Assembly (NCBI GenBank): GCA_002633005.1
Contig: NMRA01000700.1
Span: 15,637-79,636, forward strand
Length of the DNA stretch: 64,000 nt
DNA from: Phoronis australis
Lineage: Eukaryota > Animalia > Phoronida
Reading direction: 5' to 3'
A program made the position numbers and the translations under genes. Shown here in pieces: positions 1-12,489 of the stretch (the first letter of the stretch is position 1; each line of letters begins with the position of its first letter). The notes under the pieces are model-generated. The model saw only the letters and a list, made by a program, of their open reading frames with translations. It was not told the origin of the DNA and ran no database searches.

Positions 1-402
1 AGATCAACAAGGAATAGAAAACAACCTGTTAGATTTGGATATGATGACTAATATGTTAGTGTGCATGTAATTGATATAGTGAACTTGATTAGTTTATTTT
101 CTTAACAAGAGCCTACTTTATATTTAGTGAGGGAGAGTGTTGTGTACTTAGTCACACAATAACAGGATGTTTGTAGGTTGTTATTGTTTATGAGTTTAGT
201 AGTTTAATTGGTATTATGTCATGCGATTCCTAGTACAGGAAGTGTGTCATAGGTAACCCATCATATGTTGTTATGTAGTTGTGTGTATATATATTGTGGT
301 GATATGTAGAATAAATCAGTTCAGTGTTCAGTTCAATTCTGTTCGTTTCACTGCGTAGTTCATGGAGTGTCTACTTTATTTGACAAAGTAAGATACACAA
401 CA
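1..402 (+). mobile_element. 3' end of Ty3/Gypsy LTR retrotransposon (ORF tail, polypurine tract, 3' LTR 138-402)
   Basis: 1-51 reads RSTRNRKQPVRFGYDD* (RSxRxRKxPxR motif typical of Gypsy integrase C-termini). Purine tract agtgagggagag directly precedes TGTTGTGTA at 138; the LTR ends TACACAACA at 402 (perfect 9-bp inverted termini, TG..CA) and contains AATAAA near 310. Confidence 0.8.
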
Positions 403-951
403 GTTTTAATGACGTCAAGGCATCGGTCAATCATTGCGCAAAAGGTTTCGAAACAAATAAAATGCGATAGAACACGTATAATGGGCATATAATAAATAGA
501 TGGATGTTTATAACTGTCTTTAAAGCCCCACAGCACACATTAGGAGATCGAATTCAAAATTAAGTAAAGCAACTTTGCACGGGAGAAACAGGTTACAGAA
601 GGAAATTTTCAACTTCACTTGATCCCTAGAACAGCTATGTTAACTCGGTGTAATTAACTTATTTTATGGAAAAGCCCTTACAAGAGTTATGCAAATAATC
701 AAAAAAATCAATCAAAGAAGATCACCCCAGCCACACACGTTTAGACCGGTGGGTATTACCTTTGGAACCGTTAATGGAGAATGCCAACCGATTTAATTAG
801 TCTTTTAACCGTCTTAATCGCTCTATATCCACATATTCTCTTATACGGTCGACTTCACCTTGCCGAGAGGTGTCGCGTTAACCTGTGAGAAAGGTGAGAA
901 ACGACGCAGCGACGTCAGGGGTTCGTCTGCAGAGTGAATGCCGCTATATTG

Positions 952-1206
952 CAGTGTATCGTTCCCGCTTGTCCGAATTGTGAAGCTGTGAAGAAAGCTG
1001 TTATATCGTTTTTCTACTTCCTCGAGAGCCTGAAATGCTTAGGAAGTGGCTCGCGATAGTGAAGAATGAAAGGTATGCTGTTAGTAGCAAATAGGAGGCA
1101 GTGAAACATCTCCGTGTCTGTGGCCGGCATTTCGTCGTTACTGATTTCTCTGACGAATTCCGGCTTACCAAAGAGCTATTCATACGTTCCGTGGCGCCTC
1201 TGTAGT
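952..1206 (+). pseudogene. Degenerate THAP zinc-finger domain (DNA-transposon relic, Kolobok/P-like)
   Basis: Manual translation QCIVPACPNC...ISFF/(frameshift)PREPEMLRKWLAIVKN...*...LRVCGRHF matches the THAP consensus CxVPxC...FxxP...W...VCxxHF; one frameshift and one stop. A ttaa|agccccacag terminus-like sequence lies at about 519. Confidence 0.75.
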
Positions 1207-1789
1207 ATTTCTTGTTCGGTGTATTCCGGTTCGAAATTATAGCTTGTGAAACCTTACGATCCGACCCGTGAAGTCTTCGTCGGATGAGCTCTTGACTAAG
1301 TCGGGATTGGAGCTGGGCGAGTTCTATGTAGACATTTATTGTTCTACGTTCTCTTTTAAAATGAATTATTCTCATCCTAAAATGATTCCAAATCTATGAA
1401 ACTGAAACAAAGTATGTCTCATTAGATACAATTTGTAATGCCTTGGAGTGTTCGTGAGTGTATATATTTTGAGAAGCCAGCAATGAATAAACCACTGGGT
1501 TACCAGCTTTTGATGCCAGTAACAAATGTAATTGACCTGGCACGGAGGCCACGTGAGCGCATGCTAATTCAGTGTTTGCTTATAGAAAGCTCTTTGTGAA
1601 ACAATTACTCGATTTTATATGCTATGGTCACATGTTAGAGGAATCTTTACTTAGAAATGCAAATACATTATTCAAATCATTGTTACTGTACAACCTTTGC
1701 CCTGACGGTCTGTAAGTAGAGTTTCAGTTTCGTGGCTAATTCACATGAATAATTTAGTGCACATTATTTCTTTGGCTCACTATAATAGT

Positions 1790-2370
1790 CTTTTCGTGAC
1801 CTCAGGTTTAATTTCCAACTCAAGCTGGTTTATGTTCGTGTCTGTCCCGGCGTTCGCGACGGGCCCGATCAGGTTCCGAGCCACTGGAAGGGATAACAAG
1901 CGTTTTGTGTGTTTAGAAGTCAAGAAATCACAACTATAAACAACACAGATCTGGGTTCTCCTGCCTGTATTTCACGGAAGAAAAACTTCGAATTGATCTC
2001 CTAACAGACCCAAAACTCCTGCTACGGACCTTGAACTGTATTATCGGCACTTGTAGGTTACGGTGCGTCAGTAAATCCGTATTAGCGAAATAAAACAGCA
2101 CTTTTTATAAGATCTCTGTGTATTTTTAAGGGTTTTACATCGAGGCTTTGATGATTCATTGGTGTTAAATGATGAATTGAAGCGATAAGCTGACACCACT
2201 AACACGTGTTACTGCTGAACAGTCTGCGTGTGAAACCAATTACGACATTCTATAATTTCAACACCTCCGTTTGCCGTCAGATAACGCAACCGAGGCTGCC
2301 ATTATCGAGTAGAACTACTCGATCTAAATTGATACAAAATATGTTGTTTTTAGGTGACATTCTCCTTTAA
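1790..2370. repeat. Interspersed non-autonomous DNA-transposon end (TTAA-terminated, Kolobok-like); copy 1
   Basis: Shares blocks (gctggtt.atgttcgtg, tgtatttcacggaagaa, aagcgataagctgacacca, atct.aattgata...gttgtttt..gtg.cattctc..ttaa) with 26735-27290 and 27680-27895; all end in ttaa. Confidence 0.55.
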
Positions 2371-4013
2371 GGTCTGTGTCTCAGCTTTGGGATGTTCCCA
2401 ACTTTTCTATACCAACAGGTGTTTGATTAAAACTGATGCTCAGGAACTATTTCACTAGCTTAGCAAGATATATAATTTTTCCTTACAACACTTAAAAAGA
2501 TCAAATAAATTCAGGCTTTCGCAAAACCGGCAAAGATTAACCAGGCACTTGAGTTTATCTGTTCCTCGATCACCACTGACGTCAATCACTAAGCTACATA
2601 ATAAAAAATAATGATTGGACTATGAACATTGCTTGGCTCAGAATTTTCTACTAAAATGTGTTTAGAACTTAACGAAATCAGCACCAAACAAATTCTTGAA
2701 TACTTTTTTTCACGTTACCATATTAAACTGTCTTCGAGTCGCGGTTTGCAAACAAAGTGTTGAAACACATCAAGGTTAATTTTTGACATTCATTGCAGAC
2801 TACCTTCGTACACATCCGAAATTTTCATAGACATTACCGAAGCAATTTCGAAGCTCTGTTTTAGCACGCCCATGAAATCTAGGTGAGTGTCTTTTACATT
2901 ATTTAATTTTTTCAGTATCTATTTCAATATATAAGGCCTTGGCCCACATGTTTAAAGGATAACGCTGAGCAGCTTTTCCCTGAGGGCAGTGGCGTTAAAA
3001 ACAAAATTTCATTACATTAATCTGAGCAAATGGCTCCAACATTTTCATTACATTTACAAATTTAATTTCGGTATGAATGTATTTAAACTCCGGGTTTGTA
3101 AATAATCTTGTTTAAAGCCGAAGAATCACTAACTTAAGATTACTGCGAAAACCGGCAGTTGCCGATAGCTAATTTAAAGCAACTAAACGTATGGTCTGAC
3201 ATCAGAAATCTCCACCAAAGCCAACTGTGCGCTGCACTTCAAACAAGAGTAGTCCATAATGACAAGATCAAACACAAGATAGACAAACTTTTTGTCATCA
3301 GGAACACCCAAAGGGCACAGGTTCAAATGTGGCAAGGGTTATTCCCCCTTACAAAAATGAAGTTAAGTTTTTCGCTGAAAACTTAAGTTTTTGGCGAAAA
3401 ATCCTAAGTTTTTGGAAAACAACTTAAGTTTTAGAGGAAAAACTTTAAGTTCTTCCGAAAAACTTAACAATGTTAAGTTTTTCAGAAAACCTAAGTTTTT
3501 TCAGGGGTAAAACTTAGGTTTTCACAAATAAACTTAAGTTTCAAGTAATAACTTAAGTTTTCATGAAAACTTAACTTTATTGTACTAACAAAACTTAAGT
3601 TTTTCTGATAACTTAAGTTCATCACAAAACTTAAGTTTTTGTAATTTTAAAAACTTAAGTTTACCTGACTTCTTAAGACTTTCGCAAGTGTGGAAAACTT
3701 GAATTTTCTAAAAACTCTAAGGTTTCTATGTGATAAAAATTTACGTTTTCAAGTTTTTAAGCTTTGAATATAGTGAGATATTTAATTTTTGGTTCGAAAT
3801 TAATCCCATTATTTTCCAACAAAGAATAATTATTTACTCATGCAAAACCCATCGTCTCATAAAAATGTTGCCCGATTGTTTCCTTAACATTTATATAGTT
3901 ACAAACCATAAAAGGACGACCGTTTAACCTAGCTTGTCAGTACTGATTTAGTGCAAATACGTAATCATTATCACACGTCTTTGTGAATTTAAATGTAGAC
4001 GAACATCCGGTGA

Positions 4014-5186
4014 CCAACAGCAGTATGAATGCACCCAATGTTAATTCCTTGAGATACCGACCTGGCCAGTACAATGTAATCAGTGGAAAAATCCATGCAT
4101 TTCTTAAAAAACGTAGATATTGTGCAAGTTTCCTTTGTGTTGAGTTGTATTCGTAAGGCAGTTTGAATTTTGTTACCGACAGTCAACTTCGAAGAAAAAG
4201 TCGTGCGTTTGCTAGCCCGCGACAATAAAGTTTATAAAACTACGAGCAGAGCCAGCAAGAAGACATTTCAGAAGTTTTGGAAGTCAGGTTAGTGTCAGAG
4301 AGCGTTCTAAAATCGATTGGCCACAATCGGTGGTGTAATTTCCAACGAACGTGTAAGTTTCATATGTTATTGTCAGCCAGTCACGCTGTCACATACCGAC
4401 ATGGACTCATTCTGTGCGTGAATTATCTAAACTTCTAGCGCGTAATATACTTCTGGAGGTCCATCAGAAGAAGCCATAACGTTCACATTAGGCTATTGCT
4501 GCATTATATTTCTGTCTTCTGAGGTTTTGTCAGTCAGTGTGATCAATGCAAGGGGGGGACTACCAAGGCAAAGTGTAATAATTTCCCAAGTTGGGTATAT
4601 TGGCATTGGATGTGTGTGCTTGTCTATGTTCGTTGTAATTCTTGGAAGCTCCTGAATTTGAAATCTCATATCACTACAGGTCAATAATTTGCAAGGCTCA
4701 CTTGCCGCATCCTCGCACCCTTCCTAAAATATGGGGGGTGCACAAATTTTTGGGCATGTTGACCTTTTACTAAAAAAACGGGGTATGTTCAGAGTTGTGC
4801 ACAGAGCATTCCTGACTTACAGCTTTTCAGTGGACTCGTGTCTCGTTTTCTCAACTTTTTTTGTTTCTATGAGGCTCACCTTTTCATGCCCACTTCGGCA
4901 AGTGGGGGGGGGGGTGTTCGTTAGAGCCTCCCCTAGGTGCGCGCATGTGCCTGGTTCTCAAATTTAAGAATCGCCAATGTAACTATTGTATTGCCTATTT
5001 TGACTGATTTGCTCAGGTTTGTCGGAGGATCTAGGTTATTGTATGCGAAAGGACATTCCGATCCCACTACTAGTACCCTATCTGGAATACCCCCCGGCAT
5101 AGGTCACAATGTACCCAAGTGAACTATCACCAGTCAACATGTTATCTATTGTTACGCACAGTGAAACTTGTATAATTCCTATCTAA
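4014..5186. repeat. ~1.17-kb near-identical duplication, copy 1 (copy 2 at 7699-8862)
   Basis: The two segments align almost base for base; copy 2 starts immediately after a single N at 7698. Confidence 0.9.
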
Positions 5187-6014
5187 AAAAAACAACCGAC
5201 GTCATCTTCTTGCGTAATTCTCTGCCTTTTTTAACGAAAAAAAGGATGTCGTCGTTTTGAAAAAAGTTCATTGTGACACGCGCCACTTCCAAAATGTTTT
5301 CAACATCTCCCATTGGATGATGAACACATCTCAGCAAAATTTGTTCTAAAATTCGGTTCACTGATATCAAAATTCCAAAAACATATAATGAAGTGAAACC
5401 AATTCTGATCATTTGTCGTGACGTTTACGTAACCTCAAGGGAGAACGTTTGATTGAAGAATCTGGGAAAAAGAAACTGACTAAAAGGTGACGCAATATTT
5501 CATTGGGGCGAAAGTCGAAGCATAAGATTTCAACATAACTTTAGCAGCAGAATAATTGTAGAAAACCATTTTTTCAACGCTGGTAAATAATTTAGTTTAC
5601 TCTAGGAAGATTTTATTACGTCAATTTTTACCCACAATGGCGCAAATTTGTATAATTAATTTAGTAAACAGCTTCGCACCAAGGCTACAGCCTTCCGAGC
5701 CCTTTCGCGTAAGAACACAATACTTGGCGTTTCGCGTATACTCCAAGGGGTAAAACTTTGAAAATAATGTTTTCAGGGTAACCTGGTACATGTAATCTTC
5801 AAAAAAGTAGACTGTGTTTTCATGTAGAGCGTAAAATGATTAACCCATTGATTCAAAAAGAACACTCTCGGAAACGAAAACGCACACAATTTTCAGCTAT
5901 ATTACACTGGTTAAAAACACTTCTATAAGTTTATTGCATCGGAATCTAGTGATCACAGGGCAAGTCAAAACTCTTAAAGGGACACAATTTCAAACCTTTG
6001 GCATGAATCAGTGA

Positions 6015-6607
6015 TATAAAAAATGGAAATACATGTAGACTGACTTTAGTTCATCAGCAATGTAGACACAACAGTTACAGACACTCACTGCGTTTGTTAA
6101 CGTCTTGTGGCAATGATAAAAATAAATGTTTCTACTATGATTGATAACAAGTTTTACTCTGATGAGGTATGATGAAATATGCACGTCTGATATGCAGAGT
6201 CAGCAGTTGCAAAATATTTATTGGATTTAATGAATACGTTTGTTATGAACCACTGCAAAAGTATAATTACTAATTGTACATTCGAAGCACGCCTCATTAG
6301 AATTAAAACATATAAAAATGGAAATACATGTAGACCGACTTTAGTTCATCAGCAATGTAGACACAACAGTTACAGACACTCACTGCGTTTGTTAACGTCT
6401 TGTGGCAATGATGAAAATATTTTTTTCTACTATGATTGATAACAAGTTTTACTCTGATGAGGTATGATGAAATATGCACGTCTGATATGCAGAGTCAGCA
6501 GTTGCAAAAATATTTACTGGGTTTAATGAATCCGTTTGTTGTGAACCACTGCAAAAGTATAATTACTAATTGTACATTCGAAGCACGCCTCATTAGAATA
6601 AAAACAT
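6015..6607. repeat. Tandem duplication of a ~296-bp unit
   Basis: aaatggaaatacatgtagac...gcctcattagaat occurs at about 6015-6310 and 6311-6607 with few mismatches. Confidence 0.9.
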
Positions 6608-7698
6608 ACACATGCTTGATGATAATGGGAGTACCTCTTTTACAGGCATGAATTAAGATATATAGTTGTTAAGCCATAGACGATAATAAATCTTAGATAT
6701 TAACACACTGAGCCATCTACAACAGGCATATACAAAGGATACAGTATTTCAAAAGAAGCCTCAACTACTCATTTTACCTAGTCATAACTACTCATTTTTT
6801 ATAGTATTACTAAATCACGAACACCTAGATTTATATTAGAAGTTACACAGTACAATGCTACACAACCTGCTCTCACCCCATTTAAGGGAGGCCTAATTTG
6901 AAACATTTAACGACATATCTTTTCTATGCATGATTAAAACCAAACAAAACATGCAAACTCTCCAGGACCAAAAATAAATATCTCAAAACCAGACATTTTT
7001 CTTAACCAGGAATTAAAACAATCCAATACATTGAGATTGTTTTCACACAGAAGACCAAAGAGCAAGACTGACTATTTATCACATCAGCACCTATAATTTA
7101 TCAAGTGAGGACCAAAAATTCTTCACTTCAGGATCAAAATAAAATACGACCGAACTGAAAATTTAATAAGTCAAGTTCAAAAACTTACCATGTCAGTAAC
7201 TTTCACGCCAGAACACCACGTCACCATCCCAAGCATTGATCTTTCAAAATGATACTGTCCGTACTATACTAAACAAGGGCTAAATGTTCAACCTCTCGCC
7301 GACAACAGACATATTATCTTCGAAATGGGGTTGAATTTCTTTCGTCTAATCCACGTTTTACAATAGATGCCAATGTATAGGTACACACTGGATTGGCATC
7401 ATTGCATAATGGGTGATCACGTAGTCTCCGGGCATGAAAAGAATTCTCTCCTGGCGTGATAAGATTTCTAACGCAATAAATCCTGGTTGCCAATTGTTTT
7501 TGATTCTACAGAGATTTCAATTCCTGAATAGAAAATGAGTGTTCTGGATTTTTCCGCTTCAGCTTTCCATTCAGGTAACTAGTGCACAGCAAAGTGTTTT
7601 TGCTATCCCGTGCGGCTCCATTGCAACGAATCACTTCTGGTACAATCTTTCGTAAACGACGTTCGTATTTTGCATATTTCTTCGGGGTAACAGTTTTN

Positions 7699-8862
7699 CC
7701 AACAGCAGTATGAATGCACCCAATGTTAATTCCTTGAGATACCGACCTGGCCAGTACAATGTAATCAGTGGAAAAATCCATGCATTTCTTAAAAAACGTA
7801 GATATTGTGCAAGTTTCCTTTGTGTTGAGTTGTATTCGTAAGGCAGTTTGAATTTTGTTACCGACAGTCAACTTCGAAGAAAAAGTCGTGCGTTTGCTAG
7901 CCCGCGACAATAAAGTTTATAAAACTACGAGCAGAGCCAGCAAGAAGACATTTCAGAAGTTTTGGAAGTCAGGTTAGTGTCAGAGAGCGTTCTAAAATCG
8001 ATTGGCCACAATCGGTGGTGTAATTTCCAACGAACGTGTAAGTTTCATATGTTATTGTCAGCCAGTCACGCTGTCACATACCGACATGGACTCATTCTGT
8101 GCGTGAATTATCTAAACTTCTAGCGCGTAATATACTTCTGGAGGTCCATCAGAAGAAGCCATAACGTTCACATTAGGCTATTGCTGCATTATATTTCTGT
8201 CTTCTGAGGTTTTGTCAGTCAGTGTGATCAATGCAAGGGGGGGACTACCAAGGCAAAGTGTAATAATTTCCCAAGTTGGGTATATTGGCATTGGATGTGT
8301 GTGCTTGTCTATGTTCGTTGTAATTCTTGGAAGCTCCTGATTTTGAAATCTCATATCACTACAGGTCAATAATTTGCAAGGCTCACTTGCCGCATCCTCG
8401 CACCCTTCCTAAAATATGGGGGGTGCACAAATTTTTGGGCATGTTGACCTTTTACTAAAAAAACGGGGTATGTTCAGAGTTGTGCACAGAGCATTCCTGA
8501 CTTACAGCTTTTCAGTGGACTCGTGTCTCGTTTTCTCAACTTTTTTTGTTTCTATGAGGCTCACCTTTTCATGCCCACTTCGGCAAGTGGGGGGGGGGGT
8601 GTTCGTTAGAGCCTCCCCTATGTGCCTGGTTCTCAAATTTAAGAATCGCCAATGTAACTATTGTATTGCCTGTTTTGACTGATTTGCTCAGGTTTGTCGG
8701 AGGATCTAGGTTATTGTATGCGAAAGGACATTCCGATCCCACTACTAGTACCCTATCTGGAATACCCCCCCGGCATAGGTCACAATGTACCCAAGTGAAC
8801 TATCACCAGTCAACATGTTATCTATTGTTACGCACAGTGAAACTTGTATAATTCCTATCTAA
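7699..8862. repeat. ~1.17-kb near-identical duplication, copy 2
   Basis: Matches 4014-5186; begins at the N join. Confidence 0.9.
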
Positions 8863-9348
8863 TTGCACCAAATAATTCAATGCAAATAAGGAAAATCTGT
8901 GTGATTTCACTTTGGGATTGAGTATGTGCTTTCGAATTTTTACTGGGTTGTGGGATACTAGAATGTCGCAAAAGTTTGCATATTCATACTTAAAATGTTC
9001 ACATTCAATGCGAGTTCGACTGGTTTTATTGAAATCAAATATTTCAGTGTCAGGGTGAAAGTGATAGTTAATCTAGGTACAACTTTACCTAGGAGTTGAG
9101 TTGAGTTGAATATGGACTGACTAGAATGATCTCCCCATGTCTGTTGGGGCATATTCTTTTCCCTCTAGAAATTTGCTTGGAACCTCAATTCAATATCTTT
9201 GCAAATGTCAGACAGTAAAGTGATTGGTAGGAGTACAGGATATAGTATTTTTTGTGTACTGTAGTACATGAGATAATAATTTTATTTTTACGGTAAACTA
9301 TTATGGTTACGTAAGACCTCTCGTGAAGACCATGCCAGTATCTTCAAT

Positions 9349-9495
9349 GGTGGATTCAGAGGACAGCTAGAGGCCATGACTCCGGCCTCCTAAAATGCTA
9401 CACGATCAATTAGCTGTTGGGGGGCAGGGGGAATGTCTGGTGGGCAAACCCTACTCTGCCCTAACCCCCAAACTCAAAATCCTGGATCCGCCCGA
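9349..9495. repeat. MITE of the GCGGAT...AAAATCCTGGATCCGCCC type (further copies about 20776-20920 and 29658-29960)
   Basis: Shared imperfect inverted termini ggtggattcag / ctggatccgccc and caaaatcctg motif in all three copies. Confidence 0.5.
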
Positions 9496-12489
9496 CCGCC
9501 CCTGATCTTTACATGGATAGCATTCCCTGTAAATGGGTTATGTCTGGATTCTTAAGAAGCTATCACATACTGTTATGTTTACTAATATCTCATTGTTTTC
9601 AGGTCTCTATTAACTTGGCGGAGTACTTGGAAGAACCAGACATCCAAACATTTGCATCGAAACAATCACCCAGGGGTGGTATTGGGCTGTTTACGTCGAC
9701 GTGGCAGGTAGAGCTTCATATGTTTCATTGTTGAGTAAAAAATAGTGCTGCTATCAGGGTTTGAATTTGAAACAATATGAAATATGTCCTTGGTTTAGCC
9801 AATGGGCTTATAATCTTTAACAAGCTCACTGATTCTTGTAGCCATTTGGTCAGGTCAATGCAAAGCTTCTTGGTTTTGCTATAAGTTTCAAAAAGTACAT
9901 GCGGAAGTTCTTTGCTGGCTGGAGACAGCTAATTAGAATACAACTAGCGCTGATCATTATGTAAAGTTGTGCATTTTCTTATCAGATTAACAAATTAAAC
10001 AATGAAAAGTTCATCAAAATAATTAGAATTGTAGTTTATTGCAGTTGCCAAAAGTTTCATCATTTGATAAAAATATTAATTAAGTTGTCATAGAAACTTG
10101 AACTAAAAAGTTACAGAACACGATACCTGGTTAGCACATTAAGTTTTGTCATATGCACGGTTTGTTCTAGATTGCGATAGCATGATAGGTGACCATGTGC
10201 ATGTTTTGTATTCAAGTTGTATAGAATAAAATTGTTTTGAATGTCGCGATTCCAGGATTAAAACTTCATTCAAACCAGTATGTGGAAAACTGACCCACTG
10301 CAGTGCTTGCTTGAAGTAAACTTGCAGACTAGTCTTGCACTTGAATCCTGGGGAGTGATTGGTTAAATTTTGAGTTTGAAGATTATTTTCTAGGCTCTGT
10401 ATATAAGTCAGGAAGTTTTACAAATATAAACAGCACGATAAATATCCAGCAAGTTGTCTTATAACGATAGCTTTTACCCGTCTGTTATTAAAATTTATTG
10501 TCTTTATTGCAGAGTGTGCCTTCAACAATCGTTGGATAAGGAAGGCTACCCAGATAGCACAACGTACGCACTTAAGAACTGCAGCTCATGAACCTATGAA
10601 TTCAGTTATCTGAGCTCAGAGACGCGTGTTTGTAGTCACAAAACATGGATTATTTGCCTGTGAAGCTAAGCGAGCTCTATCCAGCTAAAGAAGATTGAGT
10701 GGCTTGAGGTCAACCATAGGGCCCTTTCACATTGACTTAACTCTTGTCTGAGCGGAGCATCGGCGAATAATGCGAAGTTATCTGGACCGTTCATTCTGGC
10801 TTTGGTAGTTAATGAACTTCGAAGTAAACAGTTGGTGACGCTGTCGTGATCAAAGGTATCGCAAGGTAGCACTGCACGCTAAGATGTGACAACGTGGGAA
10901 CATTTACATGTGCTAATTGACATAAAACTTATTTTTAAATTGATTGGTGATTATTACAGCAAGGAATAAGCATAATAGCCATCACACTACTATGTAATTG
11001 TTAATGATAACAGTGGCCCCTGGCAATAACTTCGATAGGACCGAAGTTGATTGTTTATACTGCGTGGTAGCATTGACGCTAAGCAATAAAATCCACCTGT
11101 TTAGTGCGAAGTTATCTGGCGCTGTTAACTTCCTTCCAGGACCAAAGTTTAAGCGTTCATACTGACATTAACACCCAAAAACTTCGATGCGTCGACGTTA
11201 GTATGAAGTTCAATAACTTCAAATTAAAGGAAAAAGAATATTTTTGTGGTCAAAGGTCTAAGTTTTCCAATCTCCATCTCGTATAACCAGGTTGTACTTA
11301 GGGTTACTTTTAGTGAAACTTGTTCGCACCATGGAGTGTATTGGATTTACTGTTATTATGATTGTCAACAAAACGAAACTTTGACTTTTAAATTGATATT
11401 TTTAAGGTTGAAAACAATTATAGGTGATTCTAAGCACTATTTCTAGCATAAGGATTGTACTTCCCAAAATCAGACCTGTGGCCATTGTCGATAAACTTTT
11501 AGTTACCTGCTATGTTTTATGTTATGCTTTTGTCTCTGCGGATATTCTTGGATTTTGCATATTAAATGATATGTTATTCTTGGTGTCATTGCTGTAATTT
11601 TAGTTGAAAAAGTCAGCTGTTGAAACAGAGACTTTTGTAGTAGTCCTTCCTGGCTACGTAATCACATTTTCTTTGGTCGTGTTTCATGGTTTGGTAGTGA
11701 TTTCCCTGTTTGTACATTCCATTTTGCTCCCTCAGTTATCGCATAATTGTCATAGTCTGAGAACGATGCAAATATGAATATATTATTAGCCTCATTTAGT
11801 TTTCACTGCATTGTATGCATGACACTTGAGGAACTGATTTTTGAAATGTTTCTGGTTTTTAAGATTTTGATATTTAACTTATTTTAAGGAACTAGTGTAT
11901 TTTAGGAAGTGCATTTTATTGTATGCAATTAATCACTGTTAATGAAATGTTAATAGATCTCTACTTTGTTTAATCTTGATGAGAATCATTAAATTTGTTA
12001 CTATACTCCACTCTTGTTGTAGTGAAAGTCGAAATTTTTGAATGCCTGTCCTATTGACACTTATTGCTTTTAGAAAACTTCAGTTTCCAAAAGTTAGTTC
12101 CTTGAAAACTTATGTTCGGAAAACTTAGTTTTCAAAAACTTAAGTTTTGATGACTTATGTTTGTTACTAAAAACTTGTTCCAAAACTTAAGTTTGTTCCA
12201 AAAAACTTGTTCCAAAATACTTAAGTTTTTGCCAAAAACTTAAGTTTTCGTGAATGAAAACTTAAGTTTTCGTGAATGAAAACTTAAGTTTTTCAGAACA
12301 AAAACTTAAGTTTTTCGATGAAAACTTAAGTTCATTTTTGTAAGGGTCTGTTTATGTAATACCAGTCTGAAGGAGGTGCACACAGATTTTACTTAGATTT
12401 AGAACAGTTGAAACTTTATTGTCCAAACTTTATATTTCTTATATGGTTAACCTATGGGTCCTCGGAAAATTCGTCGGCCTGCGTTGTAA

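Larger units (their letters stand above)
3346..12346. mobile_element. 9-kb DNA transposon with CCC...GGG termini and arrays of palindromic AAACTTAAGTTT subterminal repeats (CMC/EnSpm-like), internally decayed
   Basis: Left end cccttacaaaaatgaagttaagttt (3346) is the reverse complement of right end aaacttaagttcatttttgtaaggg (12346) apart from one mismatch. Many AAACTTAAGTTT variants at 3360-3720 and 12070-12335. Decayed minus-strand coding-like remnants inside (PHD-like TWVHCDLC at about 5095-5120 and 8775-8800). Confidence 0.75.

Noticed and set aside
2872-2888. ATG AAA TCT AG|GTGAGT as first coding exon of WSC gene A
   Set aside because: The donor is phase 2; joined to the phase-1 microexon at 19353 it gives an early stop.
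3360-3720. CRISPR-like repeat/spacer array of AAACTTAAGTTT
   Set aside because: Repeats are 12 bp with short irregular spacers, mirrored at 12070-12335 as transposon subterminal repeats; no cas genes; eukaryotic context.
6155-6185. CTGATGA...GAAA hammerhead-like motif in the 296-bp tandem unit
   Set aside because: No pairing stem II or stem I and no convincing cleavage triplet.
7506-7910. 134-aa ORF
   Set aside because: Chimeric across the N at 7698, joining two unrelated segments.
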